Shown here in pieces: positions 19,602 to 29,519 of a DNA stretch of 64,000 bases. The stretch is from the sequence record NZ_CP142098.1; one strand, given 5' to 3'. Numbering within the stretch: position 1 is the first letter of the stretch; each line of letters opens with the position of its first letter. The notes beneath the pieces were generated by a model. That model saw only the letters and a list, made by a program, of their open reading frames with translations. It was not told where the DNA came from and made no database searches. The DNA is from a plasmid. The position numbers were made by a program, and so were the translations under genes.

Positions 19602-19928
19602 TTGCGGGAAGTGATAATTTTATTAGAGGGTAAAGCTAGGATGGTTTATAAGGACGTGATTGATGAACTGATTGCTGACGGTCATAAAACAGTCACCCTC
19701 TATGAGAATAGGCTGAGCACCGATGACGACGATGTACCTATTACCCAATATCTGATTATTACAGTAAACGGTGACGTTGTTGCCCGACGGATCGTTTCCT
19801 TCGGCTGCAACTGGTCAATGATCTTTTGGCCGCTTCCTTCCTCAATGTGCTCATCCCTACGGGAGATTTGGGAAATCGATTTATCCAACAGAGAGGAAGC
19901 GTACTCACTATTGAGCATATTTCCGTAA
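19602..19928 (+). CDS. Hypothetical protein
   Basis: ORF only. Confidence 0.25.
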   Translation: MREVIILLEGKARMVYKDVIDELIADGHKTVTLYENRLSTDDDDVPITQYLIITVNGDVVARRIVSFGCNWSMIFWPLPSSMCSSLREIWEIDLSNREEAYSLLSIFP

Positions 19929-19992
19929 TGCTGTCCGGGGAGATTAAAGAGCTGTGAGGCAGACAGGATTTTACACTCAATAAGGAACACAC

Positions 19993-20643
19993 ATGGGTGA
20001 CTGGTTTATTGCCACCGAGGGCGTGAAGATCGTCAAAGACAGCCCCGGCCTGTGGCCGCAGATCATCACGGCGGTGGCGTCCATCGGGGCGGCGCTGGGT
20101 GGTGTGGGGCTGACGCACCGCTTTACCCGCAAACGGGAGCAGGCGGCCGCTGAGCAGAAACTCGCGGGGGAGCGTTATTTCATCGCCACGGAGCTGGTAT
20201 TCAAGCTGGAAGACTTTGCGGAAATGTGTGCGGAAGTCTCGCAAGATGATGGCAGGCGGGATGAAGGAGATGAATTCCGGCCTACTGTCAGTGTGTACTC
20301 CCTTGAATTTGATGATGTGACCGGTGACTGGCGTGCCCTGCCTCCCCCGATCATGTACCGGGTGCGGGAAATGAGCGTTCTGCAAGCTGAAGCGCGCGGT
20401 TCGATTAACTTCCGCGATGAAGTCGACACTTCCTCAAGGCATGACAGCTATTATCGAGAGAGGCAGTATCAGTATGCACGCCTCGGCCTGCGGGCTCTCT
20501 TGCTGGCCAAACGTCTGCGCAAACTCACCGGCATGCCCTCTTCTCGCCTCGACAAGTACGACTGGTCGCCGCAGAAAATCCTGTGGCAAAGCTGGCGTGA
20601 AGGGCGAAAGTTTAGAAATGAGGAACGACTGGATGAGGAATAA
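19993..20643 (+). CDS. Hypothetical membrane-anchored protein (216 aa) immediately upstream of the recombinase
   Basis: N-terminal transmembrane helix (WPQIITAVASIGAALGGVGL). Stop lies 3 nt before the recombinase start. Confidence 0.5.
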   Translation: MGDWFIATEGVKIVKDSPGLWPQIITAVASIGAALGGVGLTHRFTRKREQAAAEQKLAGERYFIATELVFKLEDFAEMCAEVSQDDGRRDEGDEFRPTVSVYSLEFDDVTGDWRALPPPIMYRVREMSVLQAEARGSINFRDEVDTSSRHDSYYRERQYQYARLGLRALLLAKRLRKLTGMPSSRLDKYDWSPQKILWQSWREGRKFRNEERLDEE

Positions 20644-20646
20644 TAC

Positions 20647-21456
20647 ATGAGCGGTTTAGTGGTGCCGGCATTCTACCCGGCGATGCCGGCGCAACCGTCG
20701 GTGGCTGGCGTTTCGTTGCCGGTCGCCATCGACTACCCGGCCGCGCTGGCGCTGCGCCAGATGGCTCTCGTCCATGACGAACTCCCGAAATACCTGCTGG
20801 CGCCGGAGATCAGCGCCCTGCTCCACTACGTGCCGGATCTGCACCGCAAACTGCTGCTGGCCACGCTGTGGAACAGCGGCGCCCGGATCAACGAGGCGCT
20901 GGCGCTGACGCGCGAGAATTTCGCGCTGGCGCCGCCCTACCCGTTCGTGCAGCTGGCCACCCTCAAGCAGCGCACGGAAAAGGCCACGCGCGGCGCCGGC
21001 CGGTTGCCGGCGGCCAGCACGCCGCCGCGCGTGGTGCCGCTGTCCGATCCGCAGTACGTCGCGCAGCTGCAGACGATGGTGGCCACGCTGAAAATTCCGC
21101 TCGAGCGCCGCAACGCGCGCACCGGCCGGATGGAAAAGGCGCGGCTGTGGACGATCACCGATCGGACGGTGCGCAGCTGGCTGGCGGAGGCGGTTGATGC
21201 CGCGGCGCGCGACGGCGTGACGTTCTCGGTGCCCGTCACCCCGCACACCTTCCGCCACAGCTACGCGATGCACATGCTGTATGCCGGCATTCCGCTCAAG
21301 GTGCTGCAGGCGCTGATGGGGCACAAGTCGGTAAGCTCGACCGAGGTGTATACGAAGGTGTTTGCGCTGGATGTGGCGGCGCGGCACCGGGTGCAGTTTC
21401 AGATGCCTGAGGCCGAAGCGGTCAGCATGCTGAAGGCCCTGAGTCCGGGGCAGTAA
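20647..21456 (+). CDS. Tyrosine site-specific recombinase (XerC/XerD/phage-integrase family)
   Basis: C-terminal …[39 protein letters not shown]… carries the R-H-R-Y catalytic signature. Confidence 0.85.
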   Translation: MSGLVVPAFYPAMPAQPSVAGVSLPVAIDYPAALALRQMALVHDELPKYLLAPEISALLHYVPDLHRKLLLATLWNSGARINEALALTRENFALAPPYPFVQLATLKQRTEKATRGAGRLPAASTPPRVVPLSDPQYVAQLQTMVATLKIPLERRNARTGRMEKARLWTITDRTVRSWLAEAVDAAARDGVTFSVPVTPHTFRHSYAMHMLYAGIPLKVLQALMGHKSVSSTEVYTKVFALDVAARHRVQFQMPEAEAVSMLKALSPGQ

Positions 21457-21730
21457 ACCCCTTCTGCATAAAGGCATCCTGTACTGTTCCGGATTGTCGT
21501 TCTACCTCAACGAAAAAATACGATCAGCAAAAATTTTTGATGGACAATTTTTCCGAAAGTGCCGGAATGTCCAGGCTGGATAGCATTTTTTGTGCGTCCC
21601 CGGGGGGCGTCAGTGGAAGGTTTATCATTGAGGAACGCGAGCTGGACAGAATACCTGAATGTCTAACGGCGCGGGTAATTAAACGAGAGCCGTAAAAAAG
21701 GCCGCTGGCGCGGCCTAAATGTATGACTGT

Positions 21731-21988
21731 TTACTCTAAAACCCACGTTATGCCACCATCGCGGCTTCTGTGGACAGTGTTAAATGCTGGTATATTTTCG
21801 TGATATTGCTTTATGACAATTTCACTGTCCGAAATTATCTCAACATCAGCGGTCATCGTGCCGTAGTTGATTCTGCACTGGCCGATGCAATAAATGTGAT
21901 AAAGCCCTGTTAATACATCACTTCTAAGCGGCTTATGCATACTCTCTCCTGTTTCCTTACTGAATGATTTTGGTACATAGATTTTCAC
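21731..21988 (-). CDS. Hypothetical small protein (85 aa)
   Basis: Overlaps the upstream small ORF by 4 nt (coupled pair). Confidence 0.3.
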   Translation of the reverse strand: MKIYVPKSFSKETGESMHKPLRSDVLTGLYHIYCIGQCRINYGTMTADVEIISDSEIVIKQYHENIPAFNTVHRSRDGGITWVLE

Positions 21989-22206
21989 GGGTTAATGCGT
22001 TTTTCGGTGTCATCCAGTAATCCCGGATTGTTGAACCAATTCCGCGCTTCTGCATAGTTACCAACATCGATTGCAGCCATGACGTGAGCCAGCGAATTCA
22101 TAGCGCTGTCACGCGACAAGGTTCCGTTCTTATAACCATCAAGAGCAGCATTGATCAGGTTTTCCATACCTTTATGGTCGGCGGTAGTTAAAGTTTTTTT
22201 AGTCAT
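21985..22206 (-). CDS. Hypothetical small helical protein (73 aa)
   Basis: ORF with a coupled downstream partner. Possibly an immunity/antitoxin-like module. Confidence 0.3.
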   Translation of the reverse strand: MTKKTLTTADHKGMENLINAALDGYKNGTLSRDSAMNSLAHVMAAIDVGNYAEARNWFNNPGLLDDTEKRINP

Positions 22207-22296
22207 ATAAAAGCCCAGAGCTATTGGTTAGTGGAATTGAGAATATGGGGATAAATCCGTGGGTTTCAAGGTGTTAGCCGCGTCAAAAAGTGCTAG

Positions 22297-22800
22297 ATGC
22301 AACTGAGGGAACTGGACAGAATGACCTGTATGTCTAACTGCGCGGGGATTAACGAAGCGCTGGCCCTGACCAGGGGTGATTTTTCACTGGCACCACCCTA
22401 TCCGTTTGTGCAGCTGGCGACACTCAAACAGCGTGCGGAGAAAGCGGGGAAACGGCCGGGAGGACTCCCGCCGGCAGTCAGGCGTACCGGCAGAACCGAG
22501 AAAGCGTGCATCTGGGAGATTACTGACCGCACCGCCCGCACCCGGCACACCTGCAGCAGACGGGGTGACCTTCTCTGTGCCGGTGACGCCGCACTCGTTT
22601 CGTCATTCCTACTCCATGCACATGCTGTATAACGGGATTCCGCTGAAAGTGCTGCAAAGTCTGATGGGACACAAGTCGAATCAGTTCGACGGAGGTGTAT
22701 ACCAAGGTGTTCGCCATGGATGTGGCGGCGCAGCAGCGCGTGCAATTCTCGATGCCGGGGGCAGAGGCGGTGGCGATCCTTAAAGGTCGGCGCTGAATGG
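22297..22800 (+). pseudogene. Decayed paralog of the tyrosine recombinase (N-terminally truncated, frameshifted)
   Basis: Two overlapping frames encode …[29 protein letters not shown]… and …[39 protein letters not shown]-(frameshift). These are collinear with residues from about 90 onward of the intact copy at 20647-21456. Confidence 0.65.
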
Positions 22801-22964
22801 CCGATAGGTGAAACAGGCAGGCCGGTCAAATGACCGGCCTATTTTTTTCCCTGGTGTTTTCTGGCGTACTGCATGGTTGGTGTCTCAGATGTTTAGTAAC
22901 TCTAAACAAGTTTGATGTTAAGTGATGCTAAACATGTCGTCAATCCCTTATCTGACGACTGCCT

Positions 22965-23243
22965 ATGGTTCCTCAACGACTGAAAGCCGCGCGCCGGCGA
23001 GCCGGACTCACCCAGGAAAAACTCGGTGTGCTGGCCGGTATCGATGAGTCCACCGCCCGCTCGCGGATCTCCCAGTACGAGAACGGTACTTACACGCCGG
23101 CGTTCACGACGATGTGCGCCCTGGCACGCGTGCTCAACGTGCCGGAGTGCTATTTCTATATACTGGATGAGGGGTTTGCGGAGAAAGTTCTGGGATTATA
23201 TGAGTCTGAGATTACATCATTACACGATGACAGGATTGTATAA
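22965..23243 (+). CDS. XRE-family HTH transcriptional regulator
   Basis: LKAARRRAGLTQEKLGVLAGIDESTARSRISQYENG is a classic XRE helix-turn-helix. Confidence 0.6.
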   Translation: MVPQRLKAARRRAGLTQEKLGVLAGIDESTARSRISQYENGTYTPAFTTMCALARVLNVPECYFYILDEGFAEKVLGLYESEITSLHDDRIV

Positions 23244-23275
23244 TCCTATAATTAAATAATTATAGGATTACATGA

Positions 23276-23479
23276 TTATTCATTATCTTTCAGCCAATTA
23301 CCAATCAACTCTATAGTGATCTCGGTCATTTCCTTATCTTGTTTCAGACAAGCTAGCTTAAATCTCTTATGCAGGTCTTCGTCGATATTCATCTGCAGTT
23401 TCTTCGTCAGCCCCTTAGGGGCCTGAATAGCCTGCAGAGCCGGGTTCAGCTGTTTATGTTGTCCCAGTTTCATCTTCAT
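23276..23479 (-). CDS. Small ribbon-helix-helix centromere-binding protein (ParG-like)
   Basis: 67 aa, overlaps the parA stop by 4 nt. C-terminal [26 protein letters not shown] is ribbon-helix-helix-like. Confidence 0.5.
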   Translation of the reverse strand: MKMKLGQHKQLNPALQAIQAPKGLTKKLQMNIDEDLHKRFKLACLKQDKEMTEITIELIGNWLKDNE

Positions 23480-24102
23480 TGGATCAGCTCCAGGATTTCT
23501 TTGGTCATTACATCAATTTCTCCTTTCGCTTGGCTGTCTGTCGTATCATAGACGGTGCCGCCATCCAGCATGGTTCTGATGTATGCCTGCCGCTGGCCTG
23601 TCCCGGTTTTTAATGCTGGGATGCCAGTATCGGCAATGGATTCTTTGAGGACTTCCAGCATTTTTGCAGACGACACTTTTTTGGTTATCAGGAACCTGGC
23701 TGTTATAGGTTGTAGATTTTGCCTCGCCTCTATAACTGCAATAATTGCGCTGCATGCTGCGAAATCTAGCGGGGAAGGTGTTACCGGGATTAAAACGAGA
23801 TCGCTAACCATAACTGCAGCCGATGAGATTGCCGAGATTGCCGCGGCGCCATCGATGATGATGAAGTCATAACCTGTGAGCTGTTTCCGAACGGTGTAAA
23901 CCTCCTTCTCAGAAGACGCTTCCGCCAGGTCGAACTTGCATTTATCTTCCTCATACCAGTTGCCAATACTTGCCTGTGGATCTGTATCGACAACAACTAC
24001 GCGGAAACCTTGTCTCGCCAGACAGGTTGCAACGTTGATAGACGTCGTTGTCTTCCCGACCCCCCCTTTACCATTCAAAAATGAAATAACGTTAGTTTTC
24101 AT
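23476..24102 (-). CDS. parA: ParA/ParF-type Walker ATPase (type Ib partition)
   Basis: [20 protein letters not shown] deviant Walker A. 208 aa, typical of small ParA/ParF. ATG with a GAGG ribosome-binding site. Confidence 0.85.
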   Translation of the reverse strand: MKTNVISFLNGKGGVGKTTTSINVATCLARQGFRVVVVDTDPQASIGNWYEEDKCKFDLAEASSEKEVYTVRKQLTGYDFIIIDGAAAISAISSAAVMVSDLVLIPVTPSPLDFAACSAIIAVIEARQNLQPITARFLITKKVSSAKMLEVLKESIADTGIPALKTGTGQRQAYIRTMLDGGTVYDTTDSQAKGEIDVMTKEILELIQ

Positions 24103-24120
24103 ACATAACCTCACTGTAGA

Positions 24121-24306
24121 GTAATCCTGTAATCCTGTAATCCTGTAATCCTGTAATCCTGTAATCCTGTAATCCTTGGCGGATCTCCGATTAGAATCAC
24201 ATAGTTATTTGATTATGTAAATATGTAATCACATGATTTTGTAATCCTGTAATCCTGTAATCCTGTAATTATGAAATCCTATGATTTTATGATTCTGTAA
24301 TCTTTT
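24121..24306. repeat. Centromere-like 8-bp direct repeat arrays (GTAATCCT x7, spacer, then x3 plus degenerate copies) upstream of parA
   Basis: Perfect tandem gtaatcct units at 24121-24176 and 24241-24264. Confidence 0.65.
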
Positions 24307-24410
24307 AAGGCTATGGCCAAGAAACTCTGTGTTGCCGTTGTTTCCATTGCAGCGTCACCCATTAACTCGCCGCGCCTAACATAGCCTCGCCTTGGTCTGC
24401 GGCAAGTATT

Positions 24411-24500
24411 CGCTACCGCCGGCTGCTTTACCCGTTCGCACTCCCTCCACGTTGTTCCAGTCGCTTGCGCATGCGGCTTCAGCAGCCGTACCTGCCTCAT
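24411..24500. promoter_or_regulatory. Leading-region GC-rich repeat copy H (ssDNA-promoter/ssi-like module), upstream of the methyltransferase-like gene
   Basis: Shares the core cgctaccgcc…cccgttcgcactc…cgcttgcgcatgcggc with the other copies. Confidence 0.45.
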
Positions 24501-24571
24501 CCCTTGCCGGCGTGGCTAGTTCTTGCGCTATGGCGAGAAATGGGTTCTCGCCTCCATAGGGAGACAACACC

Positions 24572-25342
24572 GTGAACAACCAACTTTCCTTCGATGCTTT
24601 GCTGACAACTGAAGCGCCAGTGAAAAATGAATCAAGAACCACGCCCAGTGAAGCCAGGAAACTATTTATCAAAACGTTCTCGTGCGTTGCTACTTACCAT
24701 CGGCGCCTCGATGTTTTCCGTGACTTTATTCGGCTGGCTTCTAATGAACTTGACCTGGCACGCGTGCGATCGGAGGAGGGGAGGGAAGAGGCAATGCAGA
24801 TTTGTAAACGGTATGAGGCTGCCGATTTAGAAAAGATGCACCATTTGTTCTGTTTCCTGGTTGATGCGTTGGAAGCTGGAATGCATGACCTGTTGGGGGG
24901 GGTATTCATGGAACTGGAATTCGGCGCCGCATCAATGGGGCAGTTTTTCACGCCGCTTGAACTTTCGCGCTTGATGGCAAGGCTGACAATCGGAGAACAC
25001 GTTAACGAGCTGAAACAGCGACCGTTTATTACGTTGGATGAGCCGGCCAGCGGATCGGGAGGGATGGTGATCGCTGTGGCCGAGCACTTGTTAACGCAAG
25101 GCTATAACCCGCAGCAGCAGTTGTATATTCGTTGTACTGATATCGATCCGATGGCCGCCGATATGTGTTTTGTACAGCTCGCATTATTGGGGTTGCCTGC
25201 AACAGTTTATACCGGCAATACCTTATCCATGAGTATGTCGAAGGTTCGCCATACGCCGATTTATTACATTAATGGATGGGGTGAGAAACTTCGCTTGCTT
25301 GATATCGCAACTCGATTCCAAAAAGTGCTGCAAGCGGTTTAG
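24572..25342 (+). CDS. SAM-dependent methyltransferase-like protein (gamma-class N6-adenine DNA methyltransferase motifs X and I; motif IV not recognisable)
   Basis: GQFFTP (motif X-like) and LDEPASGSGGMVIA (motif I). No clear NPPY. GTG start with a GGAGA ribosome-binding site. Confidence 0.5.
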   Translation: MNNQLSFDALLTTEAPVKNESRTTPSEARKLFIKTFSCVATYHRRLDVFRDFIRLASNELDLARVRSEEGREEAMQICKRYEAADLEKMHHLFCFLVDALEAGMHDLLGGVFMELEFGAASMGQFFTPLELSRLMARLTIGEHVNELKQRPFITLDEPASGSGGMVIAVAEHLLTQGYNPQQQLYIRCTDIDPMAADMCFVQLALLGLPATVYTGNTLSMSMSKVRHTPIYYINGWGEKLRLLDIATRFQKVLQAV

Positions 25343-25380
25343 TTTTAGGGAAGGGGAGACAATTCTCCCCTTTTTGCTAT

Positions 25381-25795
25381 TGGTTTCCGGCGACGTTGAG
25401 TCGCCAAAAACCAACGATCGGTCGCTTGCAGCCGGCGATGCCGGCGCCGCTTTCACTGCCCGGCCGCTTGTGCGGCCGTTCGCTAAGGCAGCCAGGCTAA
25501 AGGCCTGGCACTTTCTGGTGCATCCCCTCAGGCCCGGCATCCGCGCAGAGAGACTGTCCCCGTGACAGACGCTGAGCCGGGGCGCCGCCGGCACAAGGGT
25601 AAGCGTTGCCGGCGTCCTCACCCGTTCGCACTCCCTTCCTCCCTGCGGTCGTTTGGTCGCTTGCGCTGCGGCCTGCGGCGCCGCCCTTGTACCGTCAGCT
25701 GATACCCCGTCTCGGTCTTGTTGTCACGGCGCCAGGCTCCCCGCGCCGGCGAAAGCCAAAAGGGGAATACACCAGAAAGAAGTCGTAACGGGAGG
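25381..25795. promoter_or_regulatory. Leading-region modular repeat copy A (modules M2+M3)
   Basis: About 415 bp, more than 95% identical to 34850-35250 and 40430-40812. Confidence 0.55.
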
Positions 25796-25799
25796 GTTT

Positions 25800-26303
25800 A
25801 TGACGAAATCACTGAAAGAGATGTTGGCCGAGCTGGCTGTTAGCAAACAGGGCAATCCGCTGCAGGACGAGCGCACGGAGGACAATTTGGCCCGCATTTC
25901 ATTGGCAGCGGAGGCTGTGTTGGCTTTCTTGGCTAGATGTCCGGGTGATGAACGCGACGTCACGTCGATTTTCGCTGATTTAATGGCCGATTTATTCCAC
26001 TTGGGGCACCGCCTGCACATGGCTGGATTTTATGCCGATTTTCCATTATGGCGGCAGTCTGTATTACTCACCGCCATGGGCCATTTTGACGCTGAAATTA
26101 CCGAGTTTTCAGAGGAGGTGATTTGTCATCCTCATGCGGCCTTCGCACTGCTGTCGTTCCTAAACAGCCGTAAGCAACCTGATCAACACATCAGCGTATC
26201 GGCACGCTTACTTGCGACTGAACTGGTCATGATGAATACCCGTCTTGAATCGTTACCGAAAGCTAATGCACTGGCCGCCGTCATCGCCGAAATCTACAAG
26301 TAA
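25800..26303 (+). CDS. Hypothetical leading-region protein (168 aa)
   Basis: ATG with a GGAGGG ribosome-binding site, directly downstream of repeat copy A. Confidence 0.5.
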   Translation: MTKSLKEMLAELAVSKQGNPLQDERTEDNLARISLAAEAVLAFLARCPGDERDVTSIFADLMADLFHLGHRLHMAGFYADFPLWRQSVLLTAMGHFDAEITEFSEEVICHPHAAFALLSFLNSRKQPDQHISVSARLLATELVMMNTRLESLPKANALAAVIAEIYK

Positions 26304-26349
26304 TCATTAGGGCGGTGCGCCTGCCGCCCTATCTAATTATGGTATCAAT

Positions 26350-26691
26350 ATGAATAATAAGATTTATTTTAAGGGTAAAAAGACAATTGAGGTGATCACA
26401 CATGCGCGTCAACAGGGGAGTGATGTGCTGTTGGTCAAGGATGAGGGGGTGTATTTGATGGCGGCATCGCATGCCAAAGGAAAGCGGTTATTGGCCTATG
26501 CGGAAGGGTTGGATCCGACGACCCGTGACAGTAGAGACGTATTTGATGAAGCCTGCCGATTATGTGGCGGTGACGACTTTATGGAGCGTCTCCCGTCGGA
26601 CGACCCGACCTTTGATCATCTGCTGGAGAAACAAGGTTATCTTGAGTTTCTCATTACACAAACCGAGTTCTGTATGACGTCTGTGGGTTAA
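26350..26691 (+). CDS. Hypothetical protein (113 aa)
   Basis: ORF only. Confidence 0.4.
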   Translation: MNNKIYFKGKKTIEVITHARQQGSDVLLVKDEGVYLMAASHAKGKRLLAYAEGLDPTTRDSRDVFDEACRLCGGDDFMERLPSDDPTFDHLLEKQGYLEFLITQTEFCMTSVG

Positions 26692-26743
26692 AAGCGACGC
26701 CCGGTTCGCATTGGTGATAGTTCCGCGGTGTGGCAAAGCCCCC

Positions 26744-26935
26744 TTGATACTCATATTGAGCATCAAGGGGGCCTGTGGCGGGAACTCTTCAATAATAAAG
26801 TGACTCAGTTTGATGCGTAACAACGAAAGTTAGCAACCAATAAACTCATATTGAGTTATTTAAATTACTCATTTTGAGAAACTATAGCTTGATGCGCTCT
26901 CTGATTTACTTATAATGATACTCAAATTGAGTAAC
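26744..26935. repeat. parC-like centromere/operator: five copies of the palindromic 13-mer ACTCAnnnTGAGT
   Basis: Iterons at about 26744, 26800, 26848, 26868 and 26921. A TATAAT -10 element sits at about 26914, upstream of parM. Confidence 0.55.
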
Positions 26936-26949
26936 TAAAGGGTTGTGAA

Positions 26950-27924
26950 ATGCATATTTGCTGTGATGATGGTTCTACCAATGTGAAGCTGGCCTGGTAT
27001 ATGGCGGGGAATTTACATACGACCCTATCGCCTAATTCTTTCCGTCCAGGATGGAAAATCGACGGCATCGGCAGCCGTCGGACGTACAACTATTCCGTTG
27101 ATGGCCTGAAGTACACCTTTGACGATGTTAGCCAGCAGGCGATCAGCACGACCAATATTGAGTATCAGTACGGTGATACCAATCTGCTCGCGGTTCACCA
27201 TGCCTTGCTAAACAGTGGCATTGAGCCACAATCGGTTAAGCTGACTGTCACATTGCCAATCAGCGAGTTCTATACCGATGACTGTCAGAAAAACACAGTC
27301 AATATTCAGCGAAAAATCGACAACCTGCTTCGACCTGTGACGTTGAATAAAGGAGACGCTTTTACGGTGACAGCAGTTGAAGTGATGCCTGAATCCCTAC
27401 CGGCGGTGTTTTCTCACTTGGTCCAGGAGAATGTTGGGCCGCTGGAAACGTCCCTGGTTATCGATTTGGGTGGCACAACGCTTGATGCCGGGGTGATCGT
27501 CGGGCAATTCGACGATGTGACGGCGATCCACGGTAATCCTACCCTGGGTGTTTCTATGGTGACGCAGGCCGCGCTGACGGCGCTGCGTATGGCGGACAGC
27601 GATACGAGCGCCTATGTGGCGGATACGGTGATCCAGCGTCGTCACGATCGGGCCTTTTTGTCACAGCTGATAAATGATGCTTCCCGTGTTGATGACGTTA
27701 TCGCCGCGATAGAGCACGGTATCACCCGGCTTGGCGATCGTGTAGTGAACGAACTGGCGCGATTCCGCCACGTTAACCGGGTTTGGCTGGTCGGTGGGGG
27801 CGCTCCGCTGATAGAATCCGCCGTAAGAAAAGCCTGGAAACTGTCGGCGGAACGTATAACGTTGGTCGAAAACCCGCAAATGGCGCTGGCGAGTGAAATG
27901 GCATTGTATAAACAAGAGGGATAA
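26950..27924 (+). CDS. parM: Actin-like segregation ATPase ParM/StbA
   Basis: N-terminal CDDGSTNVKLAW and the LVIDLGGTTLD phosphate-2 motif are characteristic of ParM/StbA. Confidence 0.85.
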   Translation: MHICCDDGSTNVKLAWYMAGNLHTTLSPNSFRPGWKIDGIGSRRTYNYSVDGLKYTFDDVSQQAISTTNIEYQYGDTNLLAVHHALLNSGIEPQSVKLTVTLPISEFYTDDCQKNTVNIQRKIDNLLRPVTLNKGDAFTVTAVEVMPESLPAVFSHLVQENVGPLETSLVIDLGGTTLDAGVIVGQFDDVTAIHGNPTLGVSMVTQAALTALRMADSDTSAYVADTVIQRRHDRAFLSQLINDASRVDDVIAAIEHGITRLGDRVVNELARFRHVNRVWLVGGGAPLIESAVRKAWKLSAERITLVENPQMALASEMALYKQEG

Positions 27925-27926
27925 CC

Positions 27927-28331
27927 GTGAGCGAAAACAGCAGTGATACCCGCCGAAAATTTACCAGCTATTTGCAGCTGGACTGCGAGGCAGATCGCCA
28001 AGCTCTGAATGTGGTTGAATCCATTTCGCAGCGAGTGCGCGGGGATTTTCTGCGTAATGCCATCATCACAACGGCGGCATTACATCAGCTCGATTCACGA
28101 TTACCAGTATTGTTGGCCACGATGTATAACGGCCAGTTGACCAGCGAGCAGCTGGTCAACCTGGTCAGTCAAACAACAGGCTGGAGACCCGAAATGGCCG
28201 CGATCCGCGACGTGGTTATGGCGTTGTCTGGTGATAATTGTCGATTGGTGGATCCGGTTGAACCTGTACAGCAGCGTAGCGAATTGGGGCCCCTGGATGA
28301 GGCTCGCAAGAAATTGGATAAATTGCTCTAA
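27927..28331 (+). CDS. parR: ParR/StbB-type partition adaptor
   Basis: 134-aa protein immediately after parM, in the position of parR. Confidence 0.65.
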   Translation: MSENSSDTRRKFTSYLQLDCEADRQALNVVESISQRVRGDFLRNAIITTAALHQLDSRLPVLLATMYNGQLTSEQLVNLVSQTTGWRPEMAAIRDVVMALSGDNCRLVDPVEPVQQRSELGPLDEARKKLDKLL

Positions 28332-28410
28332 GGGGCAATTATTGCCGGTTTGTCTGCATTTTTGTCTCGTTTAGGGTGCAAAAATTGCCTGTTTTTTAAG
28401 GGGGCAATGC

Positions 28411-28801
28411 ATGGATGTTTTTGAGTTGAGATTATGGCGCGCCGGCCAATACTTTTCGCTGTCTGAGGCGCGTTCGCTGCGCCTGGGGAGCCATTGGCGG
28501 CAAGAGGATGCCGCCAATGCTCTGGGGGTGTCAGAACGGACTTATCGGACCTATGAAAATAGTGGCGTGTCCCGAACAGCTCGCCTGGGGATCCAGACAC
28601 TGATGCTGGTCCGCTTGTTACCCGATTTGCGTCGAATGGAGCAACCGCAAATCGTTTTGCAACTGCAGGCGCTAACGCGCCACGATCAGACTACACCTCA
28701 GTCCAGGGGCGTGGTATCACTTATTATGCCTTCAGCAGGTATGAAGGCATGGCGAGGGGCGCTGGGTTGGACGCAAAAGCAGACCGCGGATTATCTTGGG
28801 G
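28411..28801 (+). pseudogene. 5' part of a tandem-HTH (XRE-like) regulator gene interrupted by the IS66-family element
   Basis: The reading frame runs into the IS inverted repeat (…TQKQTADYLGG|KRHI*). The 3' part resumes at 32705 (…LGVSLRTVKNYEQG…), recreating a canonical helix-turn-helix across the insertion. Confidence 0.75.
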
Positions 28802-28887
28802 GTAAGCGTCACATTTGAACCGCCTGTCAGAGAGGCCCGCTTTCCCTGAAAATAATGTCCATCATCTGTTTAATGGACATTATTTTA

Positions 28888-29519
28888 TGAGTGAACGGGC
28901 ATGGTTGTTTGAGGTCTTTCGTCTTCACTATCAGGAACAGCTGTCTCAGAACCGCATCGCCAAACAGCTGGGGCTACCCAGGTCAACAGTCAACAGCTGT
29001 TTCCAGCGCGCTATCAAGGCCGGTGTTCGTTGGCCCGTCAACGAACTGACGCTGGAACGCACCCTTTATCCCGGTAAAAAACGGTCACGCTCCTCAGCAT
29101 CACCGCCGCTACAAACACCGATAACGGCCGTGCCATCAAAACCCAAAAGAAGGGGACGCAGACCCAACTTCCCGCTGGCGTTCAAGCTGGCGCTGGTTGA
29201 ACAATCAATGCAGCCTGGCGTCAGTACCGCCAGGCTGGCGCGCGAGCATGGCATCAACGACAACCTGTTGTTCAACTGGCGCAACCTTTACAAGCAGGGG
29301 CGCCTCGGCACGCCTCTTCCCGCTGAGCACTGCCTGTTGCCGGTGGAACTGGAAGATATGCCATCATCACCGCCTATAACTGAAGCAGATAAAACACCAC
29401 CCTCCGATGCCGCGGAATGTGAACTGGTGCTGCCTGCCGGCACGTTACGGCTCCGGGGTGCACTCAGTCCTGCCTTGCTGAGCATGTTGATCCACGAGTT
29501 GAAAGGAACGCGCCGATGA
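28888..29519 (+). CDS. tnpA: IS66-family accessory protein TnpA (orf1; HTH)
   Basis: C-terminal half (…FKLALVEQSMQPGVSTARLAREHGINDNLLFNWRNLYKQG) is the IS66 orf1 helix-turn-helix. The true start is uncertain; the ORF-track TTG at 28815 lies inside the inverted repeat. Confidence 0.7.

Noticed and set aside
20656-21477. 273-aa minus-strand ORF and 20868-21248 ORFs
   Set aside because: They are antisense to the tyrosine recombinase gene, whose catalytic motifs are unambiguous on the plus strand. They are a high-GC artefact.
24121-24306. Possible CRISPR-like array
   Set aside because: Repeat units are only 8 bp with no spacers, and they lie upstream of parA. This is a partition centromere, not CRISPR.
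25223-25621. ORFs inside the leading-region repeats (also 25606-25788, 34694-35086, 34821-35030, 40310-40591, 40438-40647, 40632-40832)
   Set aside because: Near-identical 'proteins' recur only because the repeat recurs. The regions are GC-rich structured non-coding elements with no ribosome-binding site, so they are treated as non-coding.
28815-28887. TTG-initiated N-terminal extension of IS66 orf1
   Set aside because: The start lies inside the left terminal inverted repeat. The ATG at 28888 is a more plausible start, though the exact start remains uncertain.
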